From: an uncultured Candidatus Saccharibacteria bacterium
GTDB lineage: Bacteria > Patescibacteriota > Saccharimonadia > Saccharimonadales > UBA4665
Direction: 5' to 3'
Assembly: GCA_964570005.1 (NCBI GenBank)
Contig: CAZMWE010000001.1
Coordinates: 7,378-71,377 of the forward strand
DNA: 64,000 bases
Of the stretch, positions 1 through 9,088 are shown piece after piece (the first letter of the stretch is position 1; the number at the start of each line of letters is the position of its first letter). A program made the position numbers and the translations under genes. The notes beneath the pieces were generated by a model. It saw only the letters and a list, made by a program, of their open reading frames with translations, had not been told where the DNA came from and did not search any database.

Positions 1-20
1 TCAGCCCCTTAAGGCGTACA

Positions 21-1457
21 TTACAACGCGGCGAGCGTTTGATCGATGCGGCGCAGCGTTGTTTCGCGGCCCAGCACACTGAGCGTTTCGGCCAACCCGG
101 GGCTGGCCGGTGACTGCGTGGTGGCGATGCGGATAAGACTGAAAAGCACGCCCGGCTTCTGGCCGGTAGTCTCGAGCAACTCGTTTAGTCTATCCGTCAG
201 GTCCTGCAGGCTGAAATCACTTTGCTCCAGGCTGGTTTTGGCGTCGCCCAACATGTTCTTAAGCTCAGCGTGGTCAAATTTTTTGAGCTGCTTGTTGCCG
301 TCGACAAGTTCTATGTCTATGGGCAGGTCGGTAAAGAAAAACGCGGTGAGCGTGGGCAGTTCCTTAAAGTATTTGAGGCGCTCCTGCGTGAGGCTGAGCA
401 CGGCTCGCTTGTATTCATCGCTGCTGCCAGCGGCTTCGGCGGGCCAGAATTCAGTCACTTTTTCGTATAGGTTGTCCGGTGGCAGCTCACGGATGTAATG
501 GCCGTTCAGCCACAATAGTCGGCGCTCATCGAACGTAGCGCCACTGCGGCCGACGCGACTTAAGGAGAATTTTTCAATTAGCTGCTCACGGTTGAACACT
601 TCCTGTTCGGTACCGTCGTTCCACCCCAGCAAGGCCATGAAGTTTATGAGAGCGTCCGGCAGGAAGCCGTCACGGATGTAATCCAGCACATCCTTGGCTC
701 CGTCGCGCTTGCTGAGCTTTTTGCGGCCGTCGGGGCCTAAAATGTGCGGCACGGTGGCGATAAGTGGTCGTTCTATAGCTAACGCTTCATACAAGTTGAG
801 GTAGTTCGGCATGCTGGCCGTGAATTCCTGGCCGCGGATGATATGTGTAATCTTCATTTCTGCGTCGTCAACTATGTGGGCGAAGTTGTACGTCGGTAGC
901 CCGTCGGATTTTATTAGGATAAAATCGTCGACGACCTCCGGGCCGGTGTGTAAATCGCCCATGACTTCGTCGTGCCAGTCGTAGACTTTAGGGTCGCTCT
1001 TAAACCGCAGCGGCATACCGGGCTGCCAGGCTGGCGGGTTCTCGGGTTGGTGTTTACGAGCCAGAAACGGTTTTTTTTGAATTTTGGCTTGTTCACGCAG
1101 GGCACTCAACTCTTCGGGAGAACGTGTATCTGCGTAAGCACGGCCACTGCTGATCAGCTTCTGTGCCCAGGCATGGTAGCTGTCCAGGCGTTCACTTTGC
1201 GTGTACGGGCCATACGGGCCACCGATGTCCGGGCCTTCGTCGTAATCCAACCCAAGTGCCCGCAAACTGGCGATGAGGTGTTCGCGCGCACCCTCCACTT
1301 CTCGCTTTTTGTCGGTATCCTCGAACCGCAGCACGAACTGGCCGTTGTTTTGGCGAGCCACCAGCCACGCGAACAGTGCCGTGCGGATACCGCCGACGTG
1401 CAAATAGCCAGTTGGGCTGGGGGCAAAACGGGTGCGGACGGGTTTCATGCCGCTCAT
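21..1457 (-). CDS. gltX: glutamate--tRNA ligase (GluRS)
   Basis: 478-aa ORF with a class-I aaRS HIGH-type motif PSPTGYLHVGG and KMSKS-type KLSKRDG. The N-terminus ..VRTRFAPSPTG is typical of GltX. A TATAAT at 1461..1456 (minus sense) lies 7 nt upstream of the second in-frame ATG (1448), so 1448 may be the real leaderless start. Confidence 0.95.
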   Translation of the reverse strand: MSGMKPVRTRFAPSPTGYLHVGGIRTALFAWLVARQNNGQFVLRFEDTDKKREVEGAREHLIASLRALGLDYDEGPDIGGPYGPYTQSERLDSYHAWAQKLISSGRAYADTRSPEELSALREQAKIQKKPFLARKHQPENPPAWQPGMPLRFKSDPKVYDWHDEVMGDLHTGPEVVDDFILIKSDGLPTYNFAHIVDDAEMKITHIIRGQEFTASMPNYLNLYEALAIERPLIATVPHILGPDGRKKLSKRDGAKDVLDYIRDGFLPDALINFMALLGWNDGTEQEVFNREQLIEKFSLSRVGRSGATFDERRLLWLNGHYIRELPPDNLYEKVTEFWPAEAAGSSDEYKRAVLSLTQERLKYFKELPTLTAFFFTDLPIDIELVDGNKQLKKFDHAELKNMLGDAKTSLEQSDFSLQDLTDRLNELLETTGQKPGVLFSLIRIATTQSPASPGLAETLSVLGRETTLRRIDQTLAAL

Positions 1458-1549
1458 TATATAAGAAGTTAATCCCTAAACGAACTGCTTGTGGTTGCGT
1501 ATGTAACTACAGGGTGTATTGTAGAGTCCAGGATAACCAGGAGTAGACT

Positions 1550-1843
1550 GTGCTGAACAAGACAGGTTTAGAGCAAAGCTTTTCGATTGACGGTCACGAG
1601 GGCGAGGCTCTCGGTATAATAGCTGAGCAGAACGGGATGACTACTCAAGACTTTGTCCAGCGAATGGCTTTCGAGGCATTGCTGAATGCAAAGCGCAGTT
1701 GTCGGGCTGCTGGCGGCTGCCAGCTTGGGATAGTATGTCCCTCGATGGAAGTGATTGAACGAGAAACTACACGACCGCAGGGATACGTACGCGGGACGAT
1801 AAGATGCGGCCAACCAGAAGGTTGTGAAGCGGAAAAAGCATAG
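1550..1843 (+). CDS. hypothetical protein, ribbon-helix-helix-like N-terminus
   Basis: 97-codon ORF starting at GTG with AGGAG 7 nt upstream. The N-terminal segment ALGIIAEQNGMTTQDFVQRMAFEALL resembles CopG/RHH antitoxin-type folds, and the C-terminal half is Cys/Gly-rich. No family recognised. Confidence 0.3.
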   Translation: MLNKTGLEQSFSIDGHEGEALGIIAEQNGMTTQDFVQRMAFEALLNAKRSCRAAGGCQLGIVCPSMEVIERETTRPQGYVRGTIRCGQPEGCEAEKA

Positions 1844-1913
1844 GTGAGGTGGTCGCAGTCTTAGCTGTCGATGTCGACAGCAGAGCTACTGCGTTCCGTC
1901 TGCCGCGACAAGC

Positions 1914-3230
1914 TTAAGTGTGCTGGACGATCGTCTTGACCTGCTGGTTGGTTACCGGGCAGTCAGCGCTCAATGTGTACCACTTGCCGTCGCTGATCCA
2001 GGTGGCGTTGGTGTTACTGAAGCGATAGACCATGGTATTGCCGGCCATTACCATCTGATAGGTGGGTGTACCGCTGGCGTCAGTGGAACCGATGGACTGA
2101 ATCATGTCGGCATCGCTTAAGTTGGTGTTCTCCTGAGTGAGCTGGTATAGACCGCCCGGTCCTTTGAATCCGAGCATCAGCTTGCCGTCTCCTGCCTGCG
2201 CGCCATTATAGGTGAAGCCGGCGTCGGCCAGGTTGGGGGCGACGGAGCTAACACCAGACCGATAAGCGGCGATTTTGAGCTGTAGCGCCGGTGAGTTCTG
2301 ATAGGCAATGAACGCGGCGATGATGACCAATGCCATCGACCCGCCGACCATACTAACGATGTGTAAACGGGCCTTCCGCCGGTAGCTGGCGGCGTGAGTC
2401 CTGATATCGACGAAGCTATTGGCCCGGGCTATAGCCTGCTCGAACATGTCGGGCACTTGATTGCCTTGATGGGGCGATGGTACCGGATCGGGGTCGTTGG
2501 TGGGGTTGGTGGGCTCTGGGGCCGCTGTGGGTGTGGGCTGGACGGCGAGCGGCGCGAAGGTTGGTGCGAGGCTGGACGGCATTGCCGTGCTATGGCGAAT
2601 GATTAGCGGACTCTTGGAAGTGGTCCGGGCGCGGGCCAGACGCTCGGAGTCGATAGTTGCGGCGGATTTTTTAAATGCGATAAGGCCCGGGACTTTGCGC
2701 TGGAGTGCGCTTTGCGGGCGAAGTGTGTTGTGAGTGTTGGGCTCCGGCGTGGGCACGGTGTCGCGCCGCAATGTCCGGCTATGCTGGGCGGCATGATGGC
2801 GGACATGGTTGGGCTGAGTACGGTGAACGGTAAGCGCCTGCGCTTTGCTCGCAGTGTGGCTCACGCTGATGCTGCGGGCGTCCGCGGACTGCGGCAAGTG
2901 AGCACGGGCGTGATTGATCGCACGGCTGGTGGTCGGCTTGTGCGGCTTAGAGGCGGATTTGGCTGATCTGATAACGTCGCGCATGGCGGGCTTGGCGTGT
3001 AATGCTGCGGACATGGTTGCGGGCGTCCTGGTGATCAGCTCATCAGGATCATCTTTGATGTGGCGTGAGGCGGCGGTATGCCCTGGTGTGGTCGCGGTAC
3101 GCGACCGGAAAAAACCGTCAATGTTGCGGCCGGTATGCTGCAGGGGTGGCGCTGAAGCCGGGCCAAGCACGGCACCCGTCACCGCATCGTAGCGCCTGCC
3201 ATTCACCTCTATTGTCGCTGGATGTTCCAT
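1914..3230 (-). CDS. membrane-anchored hypothetical protein (disordered Pro/Thr/Ala/His-rich N-half, one TM, extracytoplasmic C-domain)
   Basis: 438-aa ORF with a long low-complexity region, then the TM helix MVGGSMALVIIAAFIAY, then a ~130-aa globular tail. No family recognised. Confidence 0.6.
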   Translation of the reverse strand: MEHPATIEVNGRRYDAVTGAVLGPASAPPLQHTGRNIDGFFRSRTATTPGHTAASRHIKDDPDELITRTPATMSAALHAKPAMRDVIRSAKSASKPHKPTTSRAINHARAHLPQSADARSISVSHTASKAQALTVHRTQPNHVRHHAAQHSRTLRRDTVPTPEPNTHNTLRPQSALQRKVPGLIAFKKSAATIDSERLARARTTSKSPLIIRHSTAMPSSLAPTFAPLAVQPTPTAAPEPTNPTNDPDPVPSPHQGNQVPDMFEQAIARANSFVDIRTHAASYRRKARLHIVSMVGGSMALVIIAAFIAYQNSPALQLKIAAYRSGVSSVAPNLADAGFTYNGAQAGDGKLMLGFKGPGGLYQLTQENTNLSDADMIQSIGSTDASGTPTYQMVMAGNTMVYRFSNTNATWISDGKWYTLSADCPVTNQQVKTIVQHT

Positions 3231-3341
3231 GTCTTGCGTTTTAGCCCACTGTGTTTGTCTGCATTGTACCGCTATCGCTTAGGTAAACGCAAGCGTGACA
3301 CCGCTAGTGAAGCTTGGTTGTGCTGCTATAATTTTCAGCAG

Positions 3342-3938
3342 ATGGGCAATGTATTACTAAAGTATAAATACCTGACGGTCACCATAGCGAGCTTCGCACT
3401 CCTCGTTGCAGACTGGTTTCTACCACCTGATATTCTCGCTTCCCATATAGTATCTCTGGTTGGTGTGCTCGGGTTGGCAGTCGGTGGTATTTTGGCGATT
3501 TGGAAGAGTAAAAATCATAAAAAAGCTTTGCTGTGGGCGTTGTATGTGCTGTTGCTTGGACAATTCCTGTACTCCAATTTTGTGTCCACGCTCGGCTCTT
3601 CCTATATCTTTCCCACCGCGGATTATCCACCTGTCATCTCGTGGAACTGCCCAGACTTTAACCAACTTGTCGTGCCAGACTCGGGTTCATGCGTATACAA
3701 TTGTCCGGAGGAGTCTGTCCGTGTGCTGCCGGCATCATCAACTACAAAGGGTTTTCCAGTCACCCTTTTCTACGATGACGGTCCGTGTGACGACACATAC
3801 ACTGGTCGTACCAATGGCTTTGTATTTGCCGTTACCCTAAATATTCTGTACATCGCCATCGCGACGGCGCTGTTTGGTTATGTTTTGCGGAAACAGGCGA
3901 ACAGCCCTAAGAAGGTAGTCCGCCGCCGCAATCGTTAA
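3342..3938 (+). CDS. multi-pass membrane protein with Cys-rich loop
   Basis: ORF 3222..3938 trimmed to ATG 3342 (MGNVLLKYKYL..) because TGcTATAAT at 3324..3332 lies 9 nt upstream. Several hydrophobic helices flank a loop with CPDF..SGSCVYNCPEE..GPCDD. No family recognised. Confidence 0.55.
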   Translation: MGNVLLKYKYLTVTIASFALLVADWFLPPDILASHIVSLVGVLGLAVGGILAIWKSKNHKKALLWALYVLLLGQFLYSNFVSTLGSSYIFPTADYPPVISWNCPDFNQLVVPDSGSCVYNCPEESVRVLPASSTTKGFPVTLFYDDGPCDDTYTGRTNGFVFAVTLNILYIAIATALFGYVLRKQANSPKKVVRRRNR

Positions 3939-3957
3939 GCGCAGGTTTACCACCTGC

Positions 3958-3966
3958 TGATATACT
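3958..3966 (+). promoter_or_regulatory. extended -10 box TGaTATACT, 8 nt upstream of ATG 3975
   Basis: Direct read of the sequence ctgatatactaagaagtaATG. There is no SD between the box and the start codon. Confidence 0.5.
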
Positions 3967-3974
3967 AAGAAGTA

Positions 3975-5489
3975 ATGGACTTCCTCGATCCTAAGCAGGA
4001 ACGCCGCAACCAGTTCACGTTGTTGCTGGGTTATTGTCTTGTTACGCTGGCCATCGGCGGTGCGGCGCTAGTGTTACTGTACCAGGCTTACGGCTACGGC
4101 CTGAACAAACAGGGTGAAGTAACGCAGAGTGGCTTGCTGTTCGTATCCAGTCAGCCGAGTGGGTCGGCAATTCGCCTGAACGGCCAACCATACTCATCTA
4201 ATACAAACACTCGTGTTACCGTGCCGACCGGCCCATATTCCATGTCGATTACCCGATCCGGCTATCGGGACTGGCAGCGGCCGATCTATGTCGCTGGCGG
4301 CGATGTCCAGCATTTTGACTATCCGTTCCTGTTCCCTTCCAAATTACAAACCGATTCTCTGGCAGAGCCGGCGGCTGCGCCAAGTGTGGCTACGCAGAGC
4401 GCTGATCGCCGGTGGCTCATCTTGGACCGGCCGGATACCCCGGGCAGTTTCATGCTGTGGGATTTTAAGAATGCTAAGCAGCCAGTATCTAGCGCGATTA
4501 CCCTGCCCGCCAACATGTATACCCCTAGTGACGGCACTCAAAGCTGGGCAGTCGAAGAATGGGCCAGCGACAACCAGCATGTCGTGCTGCTGCATACCTA
4601 CACGCAGAAAGGTGCCGCGGGGCATGAATATGTCCTGCTTGACCGGGCTACACCGGTCGATTCGGTGAATCTGACTCGCCAGCTGAATCTGGCGCAAGCC
4701 GAAACGCTCAGCCTGTACAATAATCGCATCGCGCAGGTATACGTGTACAACCCGGACGACCAGAGCTTACAACGGCTGAATGCTACCGATGGTACGCTGG
4801 TGAGCAAACTGCAGCATGTACTGGCTTTTAAAACATATGCGGACAAAGAAATCCTGTATGTGACAGACCAACCACCCGGCGGCAAAATTACACCCGGACA
4901 GGTCAGTGCCGTGCTGCAGGATGGCCAGCAGAGCTATGTGCTACGCACCTTGCCGGCCGGCGCCCCGTCGTACGAGCTGAACCTGGCACAATATGCCGGC
5001 GACTGGTACGTGGCGGTGGCGGCCAGTAATGAGTCATCGGTGTATGTCTACAAAAATCCGCAAAGTCAGCCGGCAACCAGTCCTGATACCTATCCGAACC
5101 CATGGCGACGACTCGATATCGCTAATCCGACGTACCTATCGTTTTCCAGTAATACGCAGTTCCTGGTGGCGGAAAGCGGCCAGAGTTTCACAGTGTATGA
5201 CTTTGAAAACATCATCCAATACCGCTACACCGCCGTACAGCCGCTCGACCAGCCGCAGACACACGCTACCTGGATGGACGGTGACCGCCTGATGTACGTC
5301 AGCGGCGGCAAACTGGTCGTATTCGATTACGACTACCGCAATGTGCAGACGCTTATGCCCGCACTCCCAGCTTATACCCCGGTATTCGACCCGGGCTACA
5401 CGCATGTGTATGCCTTGGCGCCAAGCACTAAGAATGTCGCTGGGATCGCGCTCATGAGCACCTGGTTGCGGGCGCCCGCGGACCAGTAA
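3975..5489 (+). CDS. PEGA domain-containing membrane-anchored protein
   Basis: N-terminal TM (LLLGYCLVTLAIGGAALVLLY) followed by a PEGA-type beta-sandwich (LLFVSSQPSGSAIRLNGQ..VPTGPYSMSITRSGYRDWQ..V) and a ~380-aa beta-rich C-terminal region. Confidence 0.75.
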   Translation: MDFLDPKQERRNQFTLLLGYCLVTLAIGGAALVLLYQAYGYGLNKQGEVTQSGLLFVSSQPSGSAIRLNGQPYSSNTNTRVTVPTGPYSMSITRSGYRDWQRPIYVAGGDVQHFDYPFLFPSKLQTDSLAEPAAAPSVATQSADRRWLILDRPDTPGSFMLWDFKNAKQPVSSAITLPANMYTPSDGTQSWAVEEWASDNQHVVLLHTYTQKGAAGHEYVLLDRATPVDSVNLTRQLNLAQAETLSLYNNRIAQVYVYNPDDQSLQRLNATDGTLVSKLQHVLAFKTYADKEILYVTDQPPGGKITPGQVSAVLQDGQQSYVLRTLPAGAPSYELNLAQYAGDWYVAVAASNESSVYVYKNPQSQPATSPDTYPNPWRRLDIANPTYLSFSSNTQFLVAESGQSFTVYDFENIIQYRYTAVQPLDQPQTHATWMDGDRLMYVSGGKLVVFDYDYRNVQTLMPALPAYTPVFDPGYTHVYALAPSTKNVAGIALMSTWLRAPADQ

Positions 5490-5491
5490 GC

Positions 5492-6793
5492 TTATTTCCA
5501 GAATTCCAGATCGTTGACCAGCTGGCTCCAGAGGCTCGGCCCGTTGCCGGCAATGGCTGTCGGTGAGCCGCTGACGGTCGGTGCCGCCCCAGCGGTGTTG
5601 GTACTAATGGCCGGGCTGATCTGCTCGCCCCACACGACCAAGCGGTTGGTACTGATGCCTGGCGGATCGCAGGTGATAAGCTGGGCCGTGGCCTGCTTAC
5701 CACGGGTGTCGTTGATGACGGCTACGTCAGTAGGTGGCACGACTTCGCGGTCAAACACGCGGTAGGCGTAGGTGGCATTGTTGTAGGTGATGTAGAACAG
5801 GTCGCCGGTGGTTAGGTCGTGCAGCAGCGTGAACGCAAACTTATATTTGCCGTTATTGAAGATATTGCCAGAAGAGTGTCCGAAATAGGCGGCATTGCCG
5901 TTTTGGCCCGGCAGTACGGTGTTCGGATAGTGAATGACGCCGCTCTCTAAGTCGTTATCTATAACGTTTTCGTCGTACGTGTTCAGTGAAAAATCGACAG
6001 GGATCTGCACGTTGATCTTGGGGATGGTGACATTTGGCGGCGCGTCAGCGCTGGCGGCACTGGTAGTCGTTTGGATGATTGGCGTGCTGCTGACATCGCG
6101 GCTCGGCTGGATGAACGGCGCGATGATGATCTGATTGAAGAAGGTGAATAGGAACACAACGATTACGACCGAGCCGGTGGCTAATCCGAACATCAGTGAC
6201 TGCAGGTGATGCTTTAGTGTTAGCTGTCCGCCGGAGCTTACACGGCTAGCGATTTTACGTTTGAGCGCGCGAGCGGTGGTTGTATCGCTCAATTTTATCG
6301 GGCGACGGCCGGGTTTTGGTGGTGTGTGATTGCCGACTACGACGCTTCTTGGCAAAGCGGTCGGCGCTGGTATCGCCGGTGAGGGCTGGGCGGCTGGTCC
6401 GGCCGTCAGTGGCTCGAACGTAAACTCAACCGGCTCTTCCCGCTTGCGGCTCAAGACCGGCTGCTGCTTCTGGAACAATTTTTGGTACGGCGTGTGCTGG
6501 TTGGCCGCGTAGAACTCCTGCCAGACCTCGCGCTTTTCATCGTCCGGGAGCTGCGTGTAATAGTGGTGCCAAGCGGTCTGGATCTCAGCCATGCTTTTGC
6601 CCGACTGGCTGAGGCTGCGCATAAACTGCTGGTGTTTGCTGGGCGTCCGCTCAGTTTGCGCCTCAGCCAGCTCCTGGGCTGCGGCTGGCTCGTTGCCGTA
6701 AGCCCGCTCCACTTTGGCCCGGATAAGATCCACTGCCGGATTGGCGGCTTGGGCATCATTGCTGAACTGGGGGATAAGAGGGTTGTTGCTCAT
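5492..6793 (-). CDS. sortase-family transpeptidase with long N-terminal extension
   Basis: The C-terminal ~190 aa carry sortase signatures: His in YFGHSSG, Cys in QLITCDPP (TLxTC-type), Arg in NRLVVWG. There is a single TM (GSVVIVVFLFTFFNQIIIAPF) and a ~190-aa Ala/Gln/Pro-rich cytoplasmic N-terminus. Confidence 0.8.
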   Translation of the reverse strand: MSNNPLIPQFSNDAQAANPAVDLIRAKVERAYGNEPAAAQELAEAQTERTPSKHQQFMRSLSQSGKSMAEIQTAWHHYYTQLPDDEKREVWQEFYAANQHTPYQKLFQKQQPVLSRKREEPVEFTFEPLTAGPAAQPSPAIPAPTALPRSVVVGNHTPPKPGRRPIKLSDTTTARALKRKIASRVSSGGQLTLKHHLQSLMFGLATGSVVIVVFLFTFFNQIIIAPFIQPSRDVSSTPIIQTTTSAASADAPPNVTIPKINVQIPVDFSLNTYDENVIDNDLESGVIHYPNTVLPGQNGNAAYFGHSSGNIFNNGKYKFAFTLLHDLTTGDLFYITYNNATYAYRVFDREVVPPTDVAVINDTRGKQATAQLITCDPPGISTNRLVVWGEQISPAISTNTAGAAPTVSGSPTAIAGNGPSLWSQLVNDLEFWK

Positions 6794-6977
6794 AGGCTTT
6801 CCAGACCCGAGCGGATTCGCCGCCCACTCGCGCTTCTTCGTTTAAATTATATCAGCTGTGGTTGAATATAGCTGCGAGCATTCCACCAAATCGCCTATGC
6901 ATCCGACGGTTTGCCTGTGTGCCCGACTTATAGTACACTACACCTCTGATAAGCATGGGCGAGTGGCGGAATTGACC

Positions 6978-7096
6978 GGTTCTTTAACAACTTGTGCCGC
7001 AGTGGTGGAATTGGTAGACACGCCGGACTCAAAATCCTGTGAGGGCAACCTCGTGTCGGTTCAAGTCCGACCTGCGGCACCAGTTGTTAAAGAACC
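6978..7096. repeat. 14-bp perfect inverted repeat bracketing tRNA-Leu
   Basis: ggttctttaacaac at 6978..6991 is the exact reverse complement of gttgttaaagaacc at 7083..7096. The arms lie 4 nt upstream of the tRNA 5' end and immediately after its CCA. Confidence 0.85.
6996..7082 (+). tRNA. tRNA-Leu (anticodon CAA), CCA encoded
   Basis: Manual cloverleaf: acceptor GCCGCAG/CTGCGGC, anticodon loop CTCAAAA, long variable arm, T-arm GTCGG-TTCAAGT-CCGAC, discriminator A, genomic CCA. There is one C.U mismatch in the anticodon stem. Confidence 0.9.
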
Positions 7097-7155
7097 AGGG
7101 CTGCATGCAGCCCTGTCGCTAGACGCCCAGCTTTCCACCGTGCAGCTGGGCGTCT
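7097..7155 (+). terminator. two consecutive hairpins downstream of tRNA-Leu
   Basis: An 18-nt palindrome agggctgcatgcagccct (7097..7114) and a 12-bp stem agacgcccagct/agctgggcgtct (7121..7155). Neither has a clear U-tract. Confidence 0.45.
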
Positions 7156-7262
7156 GATACGGATAGTATGAATCTCCCTTGAGTTGTTGGACCCGTTGCG
7201 GATGATTTTGAGTTGCATTATTTATATATACATAGTATAACATAAAATCTATAATATAAAAT

Positions 7263-8282
7263 ATGTCTAAACCATATAAAGCACCAAATATCCCCATCAC
7301 AGACCAAGCCTTACTTGCTGGGTGCAATTACCCATACCTCGAAGATAGGGCAGTCGGTACTCCGGAAGCACCCCGACTCACAGGGCAGTATCTCACAGCT
7401 ATGTCTGAAACGAATGATGGCCAGCAAGCTTTGCAGATTGTTGCTGTCCCACCCCAGAACCGAAAGCTGCTCGCTCGAAATGCTATGCCGGGCGACTTGG
7501 ACGGTATTGCCTGGGCTGCGGGTGGCTTGGCGGCGGCTGGCGCCACAGAGCTCATTACTCACTCAGATATTCTAAGTGTCATTACTGGACTGGGCGTCGC
7601 CGCAGTGGTGGCTGCCAAACCGGTGTTCAGAGAAGTACGCGATGTCCAGCAGACTAGAGCGCAAAGGCGACTGTTGCAATCGGAGTCGACCATGACTTTC
7701 CCCGTAGCGGATGTGCGGGTAGGCGTTAGTGAGGATTTTGCAAGCACAGAAGTTCGTTTTAACAGCGGTCAGGCGTTCTCTTCTATCGGTGCGTTATTAA
7801 GAAGCGCGAACGGATTGCCAGGGCTGTCAATGGACGAAAGGGCGGGCATTGTGATAAATCCTGGGACGGCACTGAGCACTATGTTGCAGCGGCTACGTTT
7901 GCCAGGTTATCGTGATCAGCTCTTGGCAGGAAGCAAAAGCTCACTCGCTGTGCTAGATAGAGCATGTCAGGAGGCGCCCCTCCAGCGCGCAGAGGGAACT
8001 CTCGAACCTGAGGCCAGGGTGCCTGAGAGCTCACGTCTTCCTGTCCTAACAGCAGCCTTAGGCATGTATGGAGCCTTTTATACAATACAAGCTGAGCGTA
8101 TCGCTGGGCGTCTGGAAAGAGCTCACCCAGAGGCTCTGGCTGAGGTGGGCTGTCAACTGGAACCCTCGATGGCGCTACTACTCGACTTTAGCAAGCCATT
8201 GCCTTTGGCAGACTTAGTAGGATTTGATCGGACTGTAGACCAGCTGCCGTCACGCCCACGGTACGCATCCGGCACCTCGTGA
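7263..8282 (+). CDS. hypothetical protein (ORFan), one or two TM segments
   Basis: 339-aa ORF with TATAAT at 7250..7255, 7 nt before the ATG, inside a visibly AT-rich patch (about 7190..7262). Hydrophobic stretch IAWAAGGLAAAGATELITHSDILSVITGLGVAAVVAA. No family recognised. Confidence 0.55.
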   Translation: MSKPYKAPNIPITDQALLAGCNYPYLEDRAVGTPEAPRLTGQYLTAMSETNDGQQALQIVAVPPQNRKLLARNAMPGDLDGIAWAAGGLAAAGATELITHSDILSVITGLGVAAVVAAKPVFREVRDVQQTRAQRRLLQSESTMTFPVADVRVGVSEDFASTEVRFNSGQAFSSIGALLRSANGLPGLSMDERAGIVINPGTALSTMLQRLRLPGYRDQLLAGSKSSLAVLDRACQEAPLQRAEGTLEPEARVPESSRLPVLTAALGMYGAFYTIQAERIAGRLERAHPEALAEVGCQLEPSMALLLDFSKPLPLADLVGFDRTVDQLPSRPRYASGTS

Positions 8283-8286
8283 TAGG

Positions 8287-9084
8287 TCAACCGACCGTCA
8301 GGTTGTGTACGGCAGTTGTGAGTGCCTCGAAAGACTTGACCGGGTTCTGAGTCCACCAGACGGCAGCGTATACGGCCGTATTCAGGCACCAAACGGGTTC
8401 CTCGTTTTGGACGGCCGTAGTGCTCACCTTTCCGTTCACGGCTACTGCGTAGCTATCCTGATGGCGGGTGATTATGGCGAGCGGATACTGCTGCGTAAAC
8501 TCGTGCAGGCTCTCTACAAGCTGTACCAGACCCATTTCAGTTGTAAAAGCATGCGGAAAATGTGCGGCAACACCCAGCTGCCGCAGTTGCCCCAAGGCCA
8601 AAACTAGCAGCGTATGTTGACGTTGTAAAAGCTGCAACGGTTGACGAACCAGTACATCGGCGGCCTCTTTGGTAATCGTAACCTGCCCCTGGTATTTTTG
8701 CAGAAGACTTTCCAGCAGGACGGTGGTTTCGCTATTGCGGCCGATGTCCCCGGGCAGGAGTACGCCGTCCACAGGAGCGGCTAGATCCAACATGACTGCC
8801 AGACTCTCTCGCGCAAAGCTGCCACTGGGCGTGCTGGGCGCAAATTCGGCTTCAGGAAAAATATCGTGCACGATCTTTTGCATGCTGTTAGGTAGCAGCA
8901 CCGTGGCAACGCCGATGCCCGCCTCTAAGGCATCGCCGTATGCGTTCGCAGGTGCCTTGAATTCATAGCCATTGCCGCCGATAATCAGCAGCTTGCCGCT
9001 TAAGGCCCGTGTTTCCGGTCGGCTCCATTCCAACTCTGGAAATAGCGGTTTGTCGCCCTGTCGTTGCCAATAACTCACTTCCAT
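8287..9084 (-). CDS. YjeF C-terminal / carbohydrate-kinase-fold protein (NAD(P)HX dehydratase-like, divergent)
   Basis: The order of elements matches the YjeF_C layout (GKLLIIGGNGYEFKAPANAYGDALEAGIGV.., LPGDIGRNSETT, ITKEAADVL). I cannot find the C-terminal GGxGD nucleotide-binding motif. Confidence 0.45.
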   Translation of the reverse strand: MEVSYWQRQGDKPLFPELEWSRPETRALSGKLLIIGGNGYEFKAPANAYGDALEAGIGVATVLLPNSMQKIVHDIFPEAEFAPSTPSGSFARESLAVMLDLAAPVDGVLLPGDIGRNSETTVLLESLLQKYQGQVTITKEAADVLVRQPLQLLQRQHTLLVLALGQLRQLGVAAHFPHAFTTEMGLVQLVESLHEFTQQYPLAIITRHQDSYAVAVNGKVSTTAVQNEEPVWCLNTAVYAAVWWTQNPVKSFEALTTAVHNLTVG

Positions 9085-9088
9085 GAGC

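Noticed and set aside
6858-7157. 99-aa plus-strand ORF spanning tRNA-Leu
   Set aside because: It contains the complete tRNA-Leu gene and its terminator hairpins, so it is not coding.
8283-8312. Possible direct repeat of the tRNA-Leu 3' end (aggtcaaccgaccgtcagg vs ggttcaagtccgacctgcgg) that would mark an integrated element 7083..8283
   Set aside because: The match is gapped and imperfect (about 15 of 20). It lies inside the coding end of the yjeF-like gene, and there is no integrase, so it is most likely chance.
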